NCBI GenBank assembly: GCA_977017645.1
Contig: OZ360220.1
Coordinates: 85,188,001-85,252,000, forward strand
Direction: 5' to 3'
DNA: 64,000 nucleotides
From: Torpedo marmorata
Taxonomy: Eukaryota
Made by a program: the position numbers and the translations under genes. Positions 11,592 to 23,664 of the stretch are shown in pieces. Under the pieces are notes generated by a model. It searched no databases. It was not told the origin of the DNA and worked only from the letters and a program-made list of their open reading frames with translations. The first letter of the stretch is position 1; each line of letters starts with the position of its first letter.

Positions 11592-12242
11592 TCTGGAAAG
11601 TCAATTCAAAGTTCAGTCTTAGAAATCCTGTATTGAAACTCAGACTTTTAAACTGATGTACAGAAGTAATCACGAAGGAGGTGAGAGAGAGACTGTGTGA
11701 TCAGACTGCCGAAAACTCACGAATCCTTGTTGAGTTGCTTCCATCGAAATGTCTTTTCATACAAATGATTGTCAAAACTCCCCTTTTCCTTGCATAGGGG
11801 AAACAAAACGTGTGACTTCCACGATACCTTCAAAACCCAGGCACGGGTCAGACGAAATGACCTTCAAAATGGTCACGATCCAAATGCAGGAATTCGCCTG
11901 TTTCCTTTACCCAGATATGGGTCAATCAAAATTACCATTACAATGGTCACGGTGGTCTCAATAACTCCCCTGACAAGGAGAATTAGTAGAATTGTCAATT
12001 TCACAGAGCCATTCACCTGTTTCTTTAAGTGTCCCAATCACATGACTCATAATCACATGACTTCTCTCTCACCATCTGTTTCTTCCTGAATAACCAACCA
12101 TTGTTCTGGGTTGTTAGTTGAGAGCATTAACTTTGTTTATGGTTTGTACTTAATGGTGCCTCTGAGTCTGTGAGCTGTGAAAGGTTTGCAGCCTGTGTTA
12201 ACCCTTAAAGTGTGGTTCTAAATGAAATGTGAGCTTGTAATA
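11592..12242 (-). repeat. Gmr1-like element 5' LTR, lacking ~175 nt of its U5 end
   Basis: Aligns to 6264-6953 only; fused directly to gag codons; also has an internal ~39-nt deletion near 12018 relative to the other LTR. Confidence 0.88.
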
Positions 12243-12279
12243 GAGTGGAGTAGAAAAGTAAACAATTCACTACAAATGA

Positions 12280-12515
12280 GGGTGGCACGGTTAGCGTAGT
12301 TGTTAGTGCAATGCTATTACAGTGCCAGCGACCCGGGTTTTAATGTGGCCCTCTCTGTAAGGATGTATGTTCTCACCTTGTCCAGGTGGGTTTCCTCCAG
12401 GTAATCTAGTTTCCTCCCACATTTCAAAGACATACGGGGCTAGAAGGTTAATTGGTCATGAGTGTATATGGGCAGTGTGGGCTCATGGGCCAGAAGGGCC
12501 TCTTACTATGATGTG
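12280..12515 (+). mobile_element. HE1-like V-SINE (diverged)
   Basis: tRNA-like head GGTGGCACGGTTAGCGTAG..ACCCGGGTT, V-domain remnant, CR1-like tail. Confidence 0.8.
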
Positions 12516-12604
12516 CATAAATGTGACCACAACTGATGAACTGATCACAGTCTTGACATCCCTATTGGAGAGGAGGTAGCTTAGAGAAGATTGACTGGGT
12601 TAAG

Positions 12605-12995
12605 CACTGCAAATACATTCAACAGGCAAGGCAGCATCTGCGGAAAGTGAAAGAATTAAAATGTTGATTATCCCTCATCAGGTTCTCGACAATTCAATCT
12701 CCCAGTTCCTCTGTCGTATTTACTCTGAAGATGTGACTTTTTGCACAGGTGCCAGTGACAAATGATATTTGACCTGCAACGTTCATTCTATTTCTCTTTC
12801 CATGGATGCTTCCTAACCCATTGAGTATGTGTATAAACAAAATGCTGGAGAAACTCAGCAGGTCAAACAGTGCACTTTATATTGCAAAGATAAAGATACA
12901 TTACCAACATTTCAGGCTTGAGCCCTTCATCATAGTATTTTCAGCATTTTCTGCTTTTATGTTCAATTTCCAGGTTCTGCAGCTATTTTGATTTT
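12605..12995. mobile_element. Penelope-type terminal (pLTR) fold-back remnant with a nested younger pLTR copy (12835-12933)
   Basis: GGCAGCATCTGCGGAAAG on the left and TTTCCATGGATGCT on the right as inverted arms; the inner copy matches the AATGCTGGAGAAACTCAGCAGGTC family. Confidence 0.55.
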
Positions 12996-13044
12996 CATTT
13001 ATGTTCTCTGGGATGAAGCAAAGGTTGGGCAGATTGATTGTATA

Positions 13045-13345
13045 CGTATTTAGAAGAATGAAAGGTATTGAAATGTATGAGACTCAGAGGAATGTTGACT
13101 TTTTCTCTTCTGGGGGAATCTTGGCCTAGGAGCAACTATAAGATGAAGGATTTGTCCATTTAATACAAAGGTAAGGAGGAATTTCATCTCCTGAATTAGT
13201 GGAGGCAGAGCCATTGAAAAAAAAAATCAAGGCAGAGGTGGACATAATCCAGAGGAAAATAAAGGGTGAAGGGAAATAGTCAGAAAAGTGGAGCTGAGGC
13301 CAAAATCAGACAAAGCAGGCTTGAGAGGCAGTATGGCCTATGTCA
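13045..13345 (+). mobile_element. Old CR1 3' remnant
   Basis: TTTAGAAGAATGA..ATTGAAA, GTGGAGGCAGAG, GAGAGGCAGTATGGCCT resemble the CR1 3' end. Confidence 0.6.
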
Positions 13346-14419
13346 TTCAACCAAAAACTGCTGTCTGCTTGAGTAGCCGTGGTAGTGAAACCATTGTTTA
13401 AGGATGTTGATGATCTGTGCTTTCTTGTTACATCATAGATTTCACCGTATTGCTACATTGCAAGTATGTGCAGGTTTGAAGCTGGAACCATGATCAACAG
13501 AGAGCCTTGACCCCCCCCCCCCCACCAATAGCTATCCTTTGGATTGCCATGATGGTGAAAATGCTACTGATGCAGAGGACTTTTGCAGGATTAATACATC
13601 TTGCTTGAATTCAGGCCAGAGATCTGTATAATTTGCAGGTTTTGTCACAGAAGGTTACACATTGGAATTTAATATCTTTTAGTTCAAGTACTTGGCAGAT
13701 TTAACATGAGATTCATGCTTGCAATGTGCATGCAGTCAATAACATAGAGTCTTAGAGTCAGCATCAGAGAGTCATGCAGAACGGAACAGGCCCTTTGGCC
13801 TTCTAGACCAGTCCTATTTGCCTGCATTTGGTCCATGTCCTTCTGAGCCCTTCCTCTCCACATTGAGCTTCAGGAAGCTGACAGTGCTTCCAGCTGCATC
13901 TTTCTAGCAAGGTAAAACCTTGTAGACTCCCTTATGAAGCAGAGCACTGGACACCGAGAGGTTTGCTAAATCCATGAGACGCTGCGTCAACAAATATCTA
14001 TCCTCCCGCAATCTGTAAACCTGATGTGAGGAGGATTAAATAGAATGCTGGACACAAGCACCAAATAAACCTATAAATGCAGTGCCAACATTGCAGTGCT
14101 TCAACTTAGAACTGCATGTGTATTAAACTGCAAAAGCAGTAGTGGACAGCGCTAAGCAATCTCATAACCAATGGATCAGGTAAAGGCTTTGAAATCCCAC
14201 CACATCTAATTGACATTGGTTTGAGAACATTCCCATCCCAGTGATGTTAGGGCCTAGCATGTGAATGCCAGGACAGATTTGGAACATTTGTAAACATGCC
14301 AAGCCAGAAGTGCCAAGTGGAAGATCCATCTTGATTTTTTTTCCTGTGATCTCCACTATCATAGAAATCAGTCTTCACCCAATTAATTCCACATGATCTC
14401 TAGTGCCAGCTGAAATCAT

Positions 14420-15690
14420 CGGACACAGCAAAGGTAATAATACCAGAGAGCTCCTGGCTTTAGTACTGAAGGTCTGCATCTCCAGAATTTGGAAATTGTT
14501 TCAACATAATTACAGCATTGATATCTACATGACAATGTGGAAAGTTGTCCAGGAGTGGCCTGTTCACTAAAATATAATTCTAATCTGACGACCATGCCGT
14601 TAACCTGCTCTCAGCCATTAGAAAGATGTCATCCACTATTCTATTAAGCATTATGGATGCCAGTTTGAGTTTAATCAGGTCCACTTCATTACAGACCTTA
14701 TCATAGCCTTGTCCAATAGTAGACCAAAGAGCTGACTTCCAGAGGTGAGATGGGAGTGGCTCACTCAATACAACAGCAGCTTTTGACATGGATTATAAAG
14801 GAGCTGAGATAAAACTGAGACATTAAGGAGAAAACATTTCATGGTTGGTGGCATAGGAAGATGTTGGTGGCTTTTGAAAGTTGATCATCCCAGCCCAAGA
14901 ACATCTCAGCAGGAATTCCTCAAGGCTGTGTCCTAGGCTAAACTATCTTCAGCTGCTTCATCAAGGATCTTTCATCTGTGATAAGTCTGGGTTCAGTGGC
15001 AATCACTGATGATTGTACAATGTTGAATCACCATAACAAATGATAAGTGAATGAAGTAGTCCACATTTACATGCAGCAAGATTGAGATAACATTTAGACG
15101 TGGACGGCCAACAAAATTTCTCCCATAGAATGCCAAGGAATGAACATAAGATATATTGTAAGCATCTGTGCTTGATATTCAATGGCATTACCATCACTCT
15201 GGACCCCACTATCAACAGTATGATGACCAGAAACTCAACTGGACGAGCCATATAAATATTGTGGCTACAAGTGTGGGTCAGAGGCTGCCTGTTGTGCTGT
15301 GAGTGATTCACCTCACAGTGTCCCAAAGTCTTTCCACTACCTGCAATTCACAAGCCAGAATGGCATCCTCTCCACTTGGCTGTCTGAATGCAGCTTTCAT
15401 AATACTCAAGGAGACTAACACTATGCATGACAAAGTACCTCACTGCCTGGTTCACCATCCATCAATCTAAATAGTTATTTTCTCCATCATGATTACACTT
15501 GCAGTGTACGTCATCCACAAATTTCCCAGATTTTACTTACCTCGGCTACTCTAACAGTATTTGCCAAACCTCTGACTCCCTATCACCAAGAACAAGCGCA
15601 TTAGGGTTTGCAGTTTCTTCTTAAGTCATACACCATCCAGACTTACTCCTTCATCGTCACTTGGTCTCAATCTTGGAACCCAATCCCAAA
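14420..15690 (+). mobile_element. Ancient CR1/L2-clade LINE RT remnant
   Basis: Degenerate RT motifs: MWKVVQEWPVH, GIPQGCVLG*TIFSCFIKDL, W..KFLP; many stops. Confidence 0.6.
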
Positions 15691-15829
15691 AGCGTTATGG
15701 AGTGAAACACAAAAGACGCTGTGATTGCAAGAAAAACACAAAAATGCTGGTGGAACTTAGCAGGTCAGGTCTCGCAGCGTTGACACCAACATTTTTTGTG
15801 TTTTTACCCTAAAGCATTATAATAGTTTG

Positions 15830-16360
15830 AGCAAAGAAGTTTGCAGATGCTGGAAAACTGGAGCAACACACAAAGAGCTGGAGGAACTCAGTGGGTCAGG
15901 CAACATCCGTGGAAAGCAATAGACAGTCTAAGTTTCGGTCCGCAAACCCTTCATCAGGAATAGCAAGAACCCGGCGGATGCCTGAATAAAAAGGTGGGGA
16001 GGCGGAGGAGCACAGGCTGACAGATGATAGGTGGGGAAAGAAAAGAAAGGAGTTGAGGTGATAGAGGAAAAGGGGCAGAGGGCTGAGAAGGATGCAGTCT
16101 GATAAGAGAAAGGAAGGGAACGGGGTGGAGGGCAGGAGGAAGGAAGGTGTAGGTGACAGGCAGGTACGCAGGGTGGGGGGAGTGGAAAGTGAAGGAATGG
16201 GGCCTGAGAAAGAGGGAGATAAATTGGAGAGGTCAGTATTGATGCCGTCTGGTTGGAGACTGTTCCTTCAATTTACATGTGGCCTCAACCTGGCGGTACC
16301 TGAGGCCATGGACAGACATGTCACTGTGGGACCGGGAAGTAGAATTTAAGTGGCTGAATG
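15830..16360 (-). mobile_element. Penelope-like element 3' end (GIY-YIG C-terminus, purine-rich spacer, pLTR with hammerhead motif)
   Basis: - strand DMSVHGL..LQPDGINTDL; terminus shared with 37980-38420 and 55620-56300; CTGATGA..GAAAC core at 15928-15957. Confidence 0.8.
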
Positions 16361-19300
16361 GTTTAAGCAAGTGACTCACCACCAATTCTTGAAGGGCAAA
16401 TGGAGATTTTCAATAAATGCCGACCCTACCAGTGACATATATACCCCAAAAAGTAAATTTAAAAACAGCCTGGAATGGCCCAGAAATCAAAGATCATAAC
16501 TACAATCATTGGCAATGTAGTCATTTCTCTGATCTGAGGTTGGGATTGGGGTTTCAGTAACTTTCAGTCATGCTTCTCTGATTTTCATAGTATCAGTTTC
16601 AGATGGGAGAATTGCTTCCTGAGCACTCTGGGCAGACACGGTCTCCTACTGTGAGCCCTCCTCTCCCTTGTCTCATCGCACCTTCTTTTCCTCTGTGTGT
16701 GGTCTGCTGATACTTTCAGTCCAATTTATTTTGTAGAAGAATGTTTACCAGTGGACCTATGTCTGGAAGCAACTGACCTCCAGAAAAGCCTTTAATTCAG
16801 CAAAAGCAGTATTTAAACACCTGCCACACTGTTCCTTCGAGAATTGTGAAACTGAAACTGGAATGCATAGAATTGCAACAGGAGAAGTACAAAACCTATT
16901 TAAGCTTAATATTTGATGGTTCCTTTAATAATAATGGCATGGGAACACCACTTAATGCTGAATTCAGGCATAAGAGGTCAAAAGAGAGTGTTGGCTGGAG
17001 CAACAGAGAACTAATGTGATAGCACTGGCTTTGAACAATTGACATCATGTTCTTCACACTCTTGATGTTTCCAGCTAGGCTAAATGTGCACACACCAACA
17101 CATTGTACTTTTCATTGGAAGTATGCAAATACAGTATGAATACTATTATGGATCCTTAGTGGCCTTACGTGGCATCCAAAATAATTCAGCATAATTTAAC
17201 TTCTGCTATGTTTTAAAGGTCAAAATCTAATCCTGATTTCTGAAAACATTATTAGTTTCTTCTGGCTTTAAGGAATGTATGTAAAGGTATGATTTGCCCA
17301 TGGCTCCTTGATCATTTACTGCCACAATGCCCACAATTTGCAGTTCAAGTGCAAGCCTGAGTTTGGCAACGACCCTGTGGTGCTCACCATGCCGCTCATT
17401 GTGCAGCTATCCGGGGGTACCATAACATCTCAGGGAGCCTGGTGGCTGCATTCCAGGGTCTGCTCACCTGATGATGTAAATGCCAGGATTTCACCTCCCT
17501 GTGACATAGTGAAGGACCAGCTTCATCAAATGGAAGAATCGGCAAGCGCCCTCCACTGCTCTGGCCACCTTTTGTATAGAAACGTAGGTAAGCCATGGCA
17601 CACATCATTTTAGTTCCTACTGCATGGCATTCACAACTGTAAATAAAGCCAGCTTACTGTTAGAATGGAAACAGCTCAAGGGGCATAACAAACATGGAAG
17701 AGGGAAATATTAACAAGTTGTACTAGGGACATACTGGAAGGCTGACTGTAAGCATAGGTGTGTACTAGATTTTGTTTTTAAACCAAGTTTAATTCCCATA
17801 CTTTTCTACTGTTTACTGTTTCTGTTTGTAAAATTCAGAGTGAGGTTCTTTAGGACACAGTGTATTAATGGCATTTTGAATGTCGATGGAATGTTGGGTA
17901 ATAAATCTCCCAGCTTTTTCAGCAACAGGTTATCTTATGATATGCCCTGTTAGCTAAACTTGTACCTGTACACTTTAGTTCAACTTCTTTTTTGCCGTTT
18001 AAGCTGCCAGGAAAATAAATTGATTCCAGTGAGTGCAAAAAAGCATTTGGGATCTTGGCAAACAATAAGACAGTCAATGGACTTGTTTTGATAATTAGAC
18101 ATGCAAAATAAACAAGAGAAGAACTCTATGAATGGGGCATGTGAGTGGAAGAATTCAATGTCAAATTAAGTACAGAAACCTAAGAAAAAATAAAACTCCA
18201 AAATCTGACCTGTAGGAATATCTCCAATAGCAATTCACATCTGAAATATTGAAGCATCCTAAAGTTGATGATCTACATTCTGGGGAAGAAATCTTTAGCC
18301 ATTATCGTGTGGTTAGAGGGGTAGTTATAATATTGCGAGACTAAACTTTCAGTGACAAGCTTCGTGGGTAAAGATAATTGCCTGTAGTATTCTAGATGTT
18401 CTGTAAAAAAGTAATTATAAAGGTTTATACTCTTTCAGTTTTATTAACAAATAATTTGCAAAATGATTCATGCAATTTCATGGCCACACACTTCTGAATT
18501 TCAGTTGAATTCATCTGGCAATTGGTGAAACAAGCTGAATTTTATGATGTAATTACAGCCGGAACGTCTACTCCTTAAAATGCTTCCTAAGTGGTATAAA
18601 CATACGTAACGTAGTCTGGAACATAAATTGTTCTTTTTGTTCAACTGTAAGGTGTGAAAGGTATTAAAATAACATGGCATTTCACAACTCGGTTTAAGTT
18701 ATGCTGATGCCATTCACTGGTGTTGATTTAGAATCACGTGACACAGATGTTAGATCTATAGCTACTGTTTCTTAGGAGGGAGCTGGATCAGTTGAGAGGA
18801 ATCTTCATCTATCAACTTGGATTTTGTTGTTTTAGAAATCTGAAGCCTCTTCTCAGTAATGCCAGGGAAAACAGAGTTGATGGTTAAATTGACTTGAATT
18901 ACCCCATGTAAAGGCAGTTGGGCTTTCTTCCAATTTTTAAGCCTTTAGAGAGCAATACATTAGAGAAAAAGTGAGACTCTGTGTTGAAGGTTATAGAGGT
19001 TGCAATCTCTGGGTGCATTTGGGAACATTTTGTACCAACATATGGAAAAACCTTGCTTAGCTTTTATAATTGCTGCCAGATCTTGTGCTAGAATGAGGAT
19101 ATTTGTTTTCATTGAAGATTTTTGTTGTTGCTGCAGCTGTTCTCTAACTACCAAATAACATCACTCATTATCTTCCAGAATTTATTTTTCATATAAATGT
19201 TAACAAGGAAATTAGATGAACAAAAAGAAAAAAATCTGCAGGAGTTTCAGTTTATATGTTTTATCATGGACAAATCTTACATCACAATGTTTACGTCACA

Positions 19301-20284
19301 TCTTCTTATTTTTAACTCTTACCTAACGTTTCAGGTAATATTTTTTGACTTCAAAGCTGAAACTGTCACTTTCATTTTTTATACCACTTAATGTTGACAA
19401 TAATACATTATAATTTATGATTTAATTGAATTATTCCTTCAAAGCAGTTCATAATTTTAAATACCTCTGTTAAAACTCCAGTTAAGCTTCACTGGAGGGA
19501 AATCCCAGCTTCGTCAGTCTGTCTATGTTTAATTCATATTATCTCTCCTCACTTTTCTTTCAAAAATGCATTACTTCTCCAGATTAGGTTTCACTCATCT
19601 GCTCATTTCAACAGTGTGCCTGTGAGGATGTTTATATAAAAGAGCATATTTTGATTATTTACTTGTGGAAAGTTGGTTGTGAGCAGTCAAAAAATTGGGA
19701 AAAATAGTTTAAAAAAAATCATTTTTGCTATGACCTTCCAGAGTACAAAGCAATTCAATGTGATTGAAATTCCTTAGTGCCCTATATTTGGAAAACTGAT
19801 AATGGATTTGCATCAGATTCTCACCAACACTATTTTATCAATGTCAATAGAATAAATGGATTTTCCATAAAGACAGTGAGGGGCTGGATGATATACTGTA
19901 ATAATCTCTTGCCATATGCATACCAGAAGTTCAGTAAATAACAATGATTGACTTGAATCAATAAGCACAGCTCCATTAATAACAGGAACAAACATTGCAT
20001 AATTAGCTTTCTAGGTGACAAAATTTATTGATGACAGAGTTGAGGTTAGTTAGACATTTGGATCTGTTATCTTTTAATTTTATTTCATGATTTCATTGCA
20101 CCTATGAAGTGAAGAAAATTCATGAACATTTGGTTTACTTTGCTGCCTCATTCTATTTTTGTTCCTTGCAATCAAAGAGTTAAATGTAATTTCATGCAGT
20201 GTCCAAATAACCAAAATTGCTCGTTTGTAAATTCAGGTGCATTTAACAAAACAATCATGAACATTAATTATTTTAAATTTAGAG

Positions 20285-21075
20285 TTTTTTCTATATCCCC
20301 TGTATTTAATTTTAAGTTTATTTGTCACAAAATACCAAGTTCCAGTGAAAAGGGACTGACAGGTTATCTCTAATGTTCATACAGTTGTGTAAAGAGCACA
20401 ATTTATGGATAGGATTAAAATGAAAATGATATCAATTAACACCAAACAAGGGCAGCGTGATAGTGGGGTTCATTTAGAAGTCTGATGACTGCAGGTAAGA
20501 AACTGTTTTTAAGTCTGTTGGTGTGTGCGTCACATTCTTCGTTTTCACCCTGATGGTAGGAGGGGGAAGAGAGTGCACCTGTGGTGTGATGGATCTTTTA
20601 GTATGTTGGCATCCTTTTTCCAGGCCACGGGTAGGGAGGGGAGTTAGCATTATGTTCAGAGTTGCATTCACTACCTCTCTAGCTTCTGATACTAGCTCCC
20701 ATACAACTCTGTGATGCATCCAGCAAATATGATTTCGATGGTGCACCTGTAAAAGTTGTTGAAGGACAAGGGAGACATGCCGAACTTCCTTAGGCTTCCA
20801 TTAAAGTAGAGGCGTTGTGTGCTTTCTTGACTGTCGACTTCAGCGCAATTAATGTGGATAGGGTTATGGTCTCTGTCCCCTCTTGTGAATTCAATGATCA
20901 TTTCCTTCATTTTATTGATGAGAAAGATTGTTATCTTGGCACTATGCTGGTAGATTTTCCATCTCATCATTATTTGATACTTGGCCCACTACTGTGATGT
21001 GATTGGCAAATTTGAAGATGGAGTGGAGCAGTGGTCCTGGGTGTTGGGTCCACTGCTGGGGCAGGAGATGTGCTG
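20285..21075 (-). mobile_element. Old Rex1-clade LINE 3' fragment
   Basis: KEMIIEF..QRLYF..LRKFGMS..NFYRCTIEIIFAGCIT and downstream RFKNSF-like motif. Confidence 0.8.
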
Positions 21076-21664
21076 GTGGAGTTCATAAAGAAGGTGTCAT
21101 GCTTCTCCCCTCCTTTGATTCCTTTCAGCTGATACACCTTGGACCTCATACTTCTGGGCTGGTGTAATTCATCCTGAGCTGTCTATCAAAGGGAATCCAA
21201 ACACTCAACAAACTGGGCCTTGAATGTGTCACCTTTTACTTCTGAACCAAGCACTCAACAGTTTCAGTGTCATAGAAACCCATTTTTGGTTTTGAAAACT
21301 GGTATTTTCCCTGTCTTGACTACAGGAAACATTCAGGTGACAGTAAAATTAATGGTGAGCAGGGGATTCATTCCATTTATTCCATTCCCTGGCACTCACT
21401 TCAATAAATCACATGAATTGAAATTATAAACGAAGAAAAAAATAAATCCTTTCCGCTCTTTGGCCTGCAAAAGCACTGAAATGGGGTGGGGAGGGGGGGA
21501 GGTGGAGGGGAAAATCACTTACTTAAATCGTTACTTTAATTTAAGATTATTTGGGCTAATTGTATGTGCTGTGTTGAAATTAGCATTAAAAGGAGGTTTG
21601 CTTAAAAATTGTGGAGCTTTTCTTTGTGTGCCATGTTGAAAAAGGAAAATAAATCCTGAGCTCA

Positions 21665-22620
21665 CTTCTTCCTTGGGAATGAAGATGACTTGCTTCCACT
21701 CTGGTTCTGAGGATTCTGAGGTGACTGATCAAACCAAAGAAATTACTGCATTCTTATCCAGAGGTGAGGCAGATAGTGCCTGAGTGAATGGGTAGGTGAG
21801 TGGCTTATAAAGTGGTGTATCCTTCTGTTCTTTCCAATTAGCATCTGTGTACTTGTGATACAGAGTCAGGGTTCTCAATACAACGCTGGGTGCTCCTTTA
21901 TCTTTGAGCAGTCAAGGGCCAGGAATTCTGGGAATCAGTGTGGATGTTGCACTAGTTTTCAAGAAAGCTTTGTGCACAGCCTGAATATTTTCATCTCGTT
22001 GCCTGGTAATCTGTCCCCTAGACCTTGGAATAGAACTTCCTCTTTCAGGTATCTGGTGTGGGGCATGTGAGTGATATGGTGTACCCAGCAAAGCCAACTA
22101 GGTGTAATGTGGATCTCAGTGCTGCCGATGTTGGGAGAGGCTGCTGCTATTCTCATTTGAAGGTTATCGCAGGGACAGTATTAGTGGTATCGTTCCATTG
22201 CCTCTCAGTAGATATGTAGTCCAGACCTCAGAGGCATATAGAAAGGTAGGGTTATTACTGCCAGATGAACCATGAATTTTGTGCCAGATTGAAGATCTGA
22301 TTTTAAACACCCTTTTCCTCAAGTAACGCTGTAGCATTGAAGGCAATGATGCATTTCATCACTGATGTCTAATTCAGCTGAGGAGTAGTTACTGTGATGT
22401 GAAAAATGGTCCACATTTTCCAGGTTCTTGCCATACACCTTTATTATTGCGGAGTGGTAGAGTACTGCCTGGCCAGGTCGTTAGAAGTCCTTTTTTGTGA
22501 CTGTTGAGTGTAAGGCCCATCCTCTTATATTCTTCAGTAAATAAGTCAGCAATGGCTTGGGGCTCAGCCTCTGACAGCATGCAAGTGCAATTTCAACATT
22601 TGTACTGTATAGGTGACTGG
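21665..22620 (-). mobile_element. RTE-clade LINE 3' fragment
   Basis: DLFTEEYKRMGLTLN, LRKRVF, PTFLYASEVWT, WLCWVHHITHMPHTRYLKEEVL resemble the RTE RT C-terminal region. Confidence 0.7.
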
Positions 22621-23319
22621 CAAGTATCTTCTTCAGGAATAAATATAGCTGCCTTTAAACCATTAAACCACCTTTGTAGCTGGGAATTAAAATACGTCTG
22701 TAACCTCTTTGATTGTTGCAAGGACTCAGCCAATTCTTTAATATCCTCAGGATAGGACCACTGCTATCCTTACCTTATCTGGCACACATGTGACTCTGGA
22801 CCCAAATTAAGTCATCCTTCTTAATGTTTTTAAGCATGTTCTTGATCTGTGTTTTGTCGACGGTGGCAATGACTTAATGAGAAATGCAATTGAATCTTCC
22901 CTGCTTCTGCTGCTGAAAAGCAGTTAAGGATGGGAAATAAATGCTGGAACAAGTAATGCCCACATCGCTTGAGTGAATAAAAAATCAAACCAATGTCACA
23001 GGTACTACAATGATCCAAGGAAAAGGTTTTGATAGTGGCACATACATCTCATGTTAGAAAAAAATACCGTTTTCCAGAAGTTATGGAAATTCGTATTTTA
23101 GCTCATTTAAAGTAACATAACAGAAGAATTCTTATATTCTACAAGAATGTTGCTAATCTTTGAGTATAGTTGAAGCTTCTATATAAACTTCTGTTTTAGT
23201 TTTTCTTTACTCTGTGACATGGTCAAGAATAACGTTGTGACATGGAATGAAAAGTCACGATAGTTGACTCATTTCTGAATTTGGTGGCTATCAATATCAG
23301 GAGAGTAACTTCTGGTCAG

Positions 23320-23567
23320 TGATATACCTATCAATAACTGACACGAGTCTAGAAGTGCAGGAATTAACAGGCTTTTATTAACAGAATCAAGCCAGGACTA
23401 GCTATGCCTTGACCTGATGATCCCTGCTGGATTGTCCCGGAACTGGGGGAGGAGTTGCTGGCTCAAGGCCTTTATTCCAGGTAAAAGGGGAGGGGTCACC
23501 GGGACAGACAGACAGGTCATGGTCATACCTGCCTCAGGCCACAATACATACAAAGTGGTTTACCACA
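23320..23567 (-). repeat. 3' LTR (248 bp)
   Basis: TGATATACC...TTTACCACA on +, same sequence as 27795-28042. Confidence 0.97.
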
Positions 23568-23582
23568 TTCACCCCTTCTTTT
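23568..23582 (-). other. Polypurine tract
   Basis: - strand AAAAGAAGGGGTGAA directly before TGTGGTAAAC of the 3' LTR. Confidence 0.9.
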
Positions 23583-23664
23583 AGAACAAGTCCGACGGGG
23601 GGGTGAAGTGGATACCGTAGAAAAAAAATACACATATACATAGATAATATACAGTTTTCTTTAT

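Larger units (their letters stand above)
6090..12242 (-). mobile_element. Decayed Gmr1-like Ty3/Gypsy LTR retrotransposon (order gag-PR-IN-RT-RNaseH)
   Basis: LTRs 6090-6953 and 11592-12242; 4-bp TSD GAGT (6086-6089 and 12243-12246); G-rich PPT on - strand next to 6953; fragmented ORFs with integrase upstream of RT. Confidence 0.92.

Noticed and set aside
23200-23319. Possible host exon whose donor (CAG/GTAAG, now at 28045-28052) was hit by the Gypsy insertion
   Set aside because: All three frames from the nearest good acceptor (TTTTAG at ~23199) contain stops; no recognisable protein.
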